64,000 nucleotides of DNA, taken from NCBI RefSeq assembly GCF_963921235.1, contig NC_086097.1:75270001-75334000 (forward strand), given 5' to 3'. Shown here in pieces: positions 62,516-64,000 of this stretch. A model generated the notes under the pieces. It saw only the letters and a program-made list of their open reading frames with translations, was not told where the DNA came from and searched no databases. This stretch comes from Mobula hypostoma. Its lineage: Eukaryota. The stretch's first letter is position 1. Each line of letters begins with the position of its first letter. The translations under genes and the position numbers were made by a program.

Positions 62516-64000
62516 GGATGTCTTACTGTTTGATTAGTGTAATGAACATAGACAGACCATGTCCTTTGAAATGGATACAAATACTCAACAATTGTTTGAC
62601 TATAACCTAAATCTCAGCGTCATGAAAACCCATTCTGTGTTTTATAATAGATTACCATTTTAAGTATTTTAATTTTGTACATTTCCTGTATTATTATACC
62701 CATGACTATATTTAAACATGTATTTTTTTCTATATGAAAGATTTGATATTTATGTGTATTTTTTTAACAGGGAGCCTTTGAATGAAGGTTTAATGGTTGT
62801 TTATGAAGCCTTTTGTTTTTCTATTGAAAAGGAAATTAAGTTGAGGAGCAAAAATGTTTGGTTAACAAATTATGTTAAAGGAATCATTGAAAAAATGTGC
62901 AGTATGATACTAATCTGAATTCACCTCTGTGATTAGCCGGATAGCAGAGTGTTCAATCAGTTCCAGCCTTTCAAGGTAGACTATATACAAACAGATGCAG
63001 CTGATACTGATTCATTTTACAGAAACACAGGTAAAATCTCATAAATTCTTATTTGGGAACAAATACAAACTTGTCAAAACAAAACTGGTACAAAATATCT
63101 GTTGCCTTAGATTGACAGATTTGAAAGGCTGTATCTTAACACCACAATACCCAATTTAACAGAAATATATTCTTACACGAGAGGGTACAGTATAACAGTA
63201 TGTTCCAAACCTGGACTCTATTTGGGAAATAAGTATTTCATTTCTGGAAGGTTCAGATTATCATGTAGTTTAGTTAAACTATTCTTTTGAATTTTCTTCC
63301 ATCTTTGCAACCACAGTTGTAATATTTGTAAATTATTGCTCTGAGTTTTATATTGAGGATTAATTTTTATCAGATGTTTTCTATAATCCAGCATTCATAA
63401 GCCACTCCAGTGACACAAGCCCCTTTCCAACAAAACGTTATTGGTTTATCCTTTCGCTGAAGAGTGCATGACATCTTCATCCGTGCATTCTCCCTAGCAC
63501 CCTTTTGTGCACTTACTCTTCTTACTGAAAACCCATTTCATTGCCTCCTGAAGCAATCTGAGACTTCAGCAAGTGAAGCTTTTTATAAATTCATCTGGAC
63601 GCTATAGTTAAGTAAACAAAGCTGTGTTTTGTGCTTATTAATACAAGGAGTGAAAAAGTAAGAATTTTTTTCAACTCTGGTATTTTTAATAGCATCCAGA
63701 ATTAACAAACCCTTCTTCAAACAGTTTGAAAAAACAGTAATGGTAAATGAATAAGTTAAAAAACACAAAAGGAAAAATAAGAAAAGAGGAAGAAAGTTGG
63801 AATAAATAACTTTCTTTCAAATTATGTTTCATGGTCTACATGCAAAAGTCTCCTTACAGTTAATATATGAAGTGGAAAAGTGCACAGGCAAACTTATTTT
63901 CTAATATGACCTCAAGATGTGCTTTTGATCATTATGATACAATCAGCACAAAGTCCTTTCGTTTTCATTTTTGTAAATTTGCATAACTTTGCCGCTTCTC

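Overview
AT-rich, repeat-dense eukaryotic DNA with no recognisable intact protein-coding gene, rRNA, tRNA or CRISPR array. The repeat spectrum (CR1/HER1-like LINEs, an HE1/V-SINE fragment, many Rex1/Babar LINEs, Penelope-like elements) suggests a cartilaginous fish, probably a ray (inference), and an intergenic or large-intron location. A large part of the window is decayed retroelements, often nested: CR1, Rex1/Babar, L2, L1, an R4/Dong restriction-like-endonuclease element, Penelope-like elements (PLE), Gypsy-type LTRs, an RTE-derived non-autonomous element, and DNA-transposon fragments. Between them lie repeat-free blocks that look like conserved non-coding elements. The recognisable ORFs are TE fragments; the rest look spurious. 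The most interesting signals are RNA-level or structural: (i) a minimal type-I hammerhead ribozyme motif in the PLE terminal repeat, including ~170-210 bp fold-back mini-elements with 13-14 bp target-site duplications (TSDs); (ii) a candidate atypical HDV-like ribozyme at the 5' end of the RTE-derived element; (iii) a Dong/R4 element sitting at the (TAA)n tail of an L2 element; (iv) an 89-bp templated copy of nearby unique sequence inside an old repeat. Family assignments come from motif recognition by eye, not database searches, and boundaries are approximate unless a TSD or terminal repeat is quoted.
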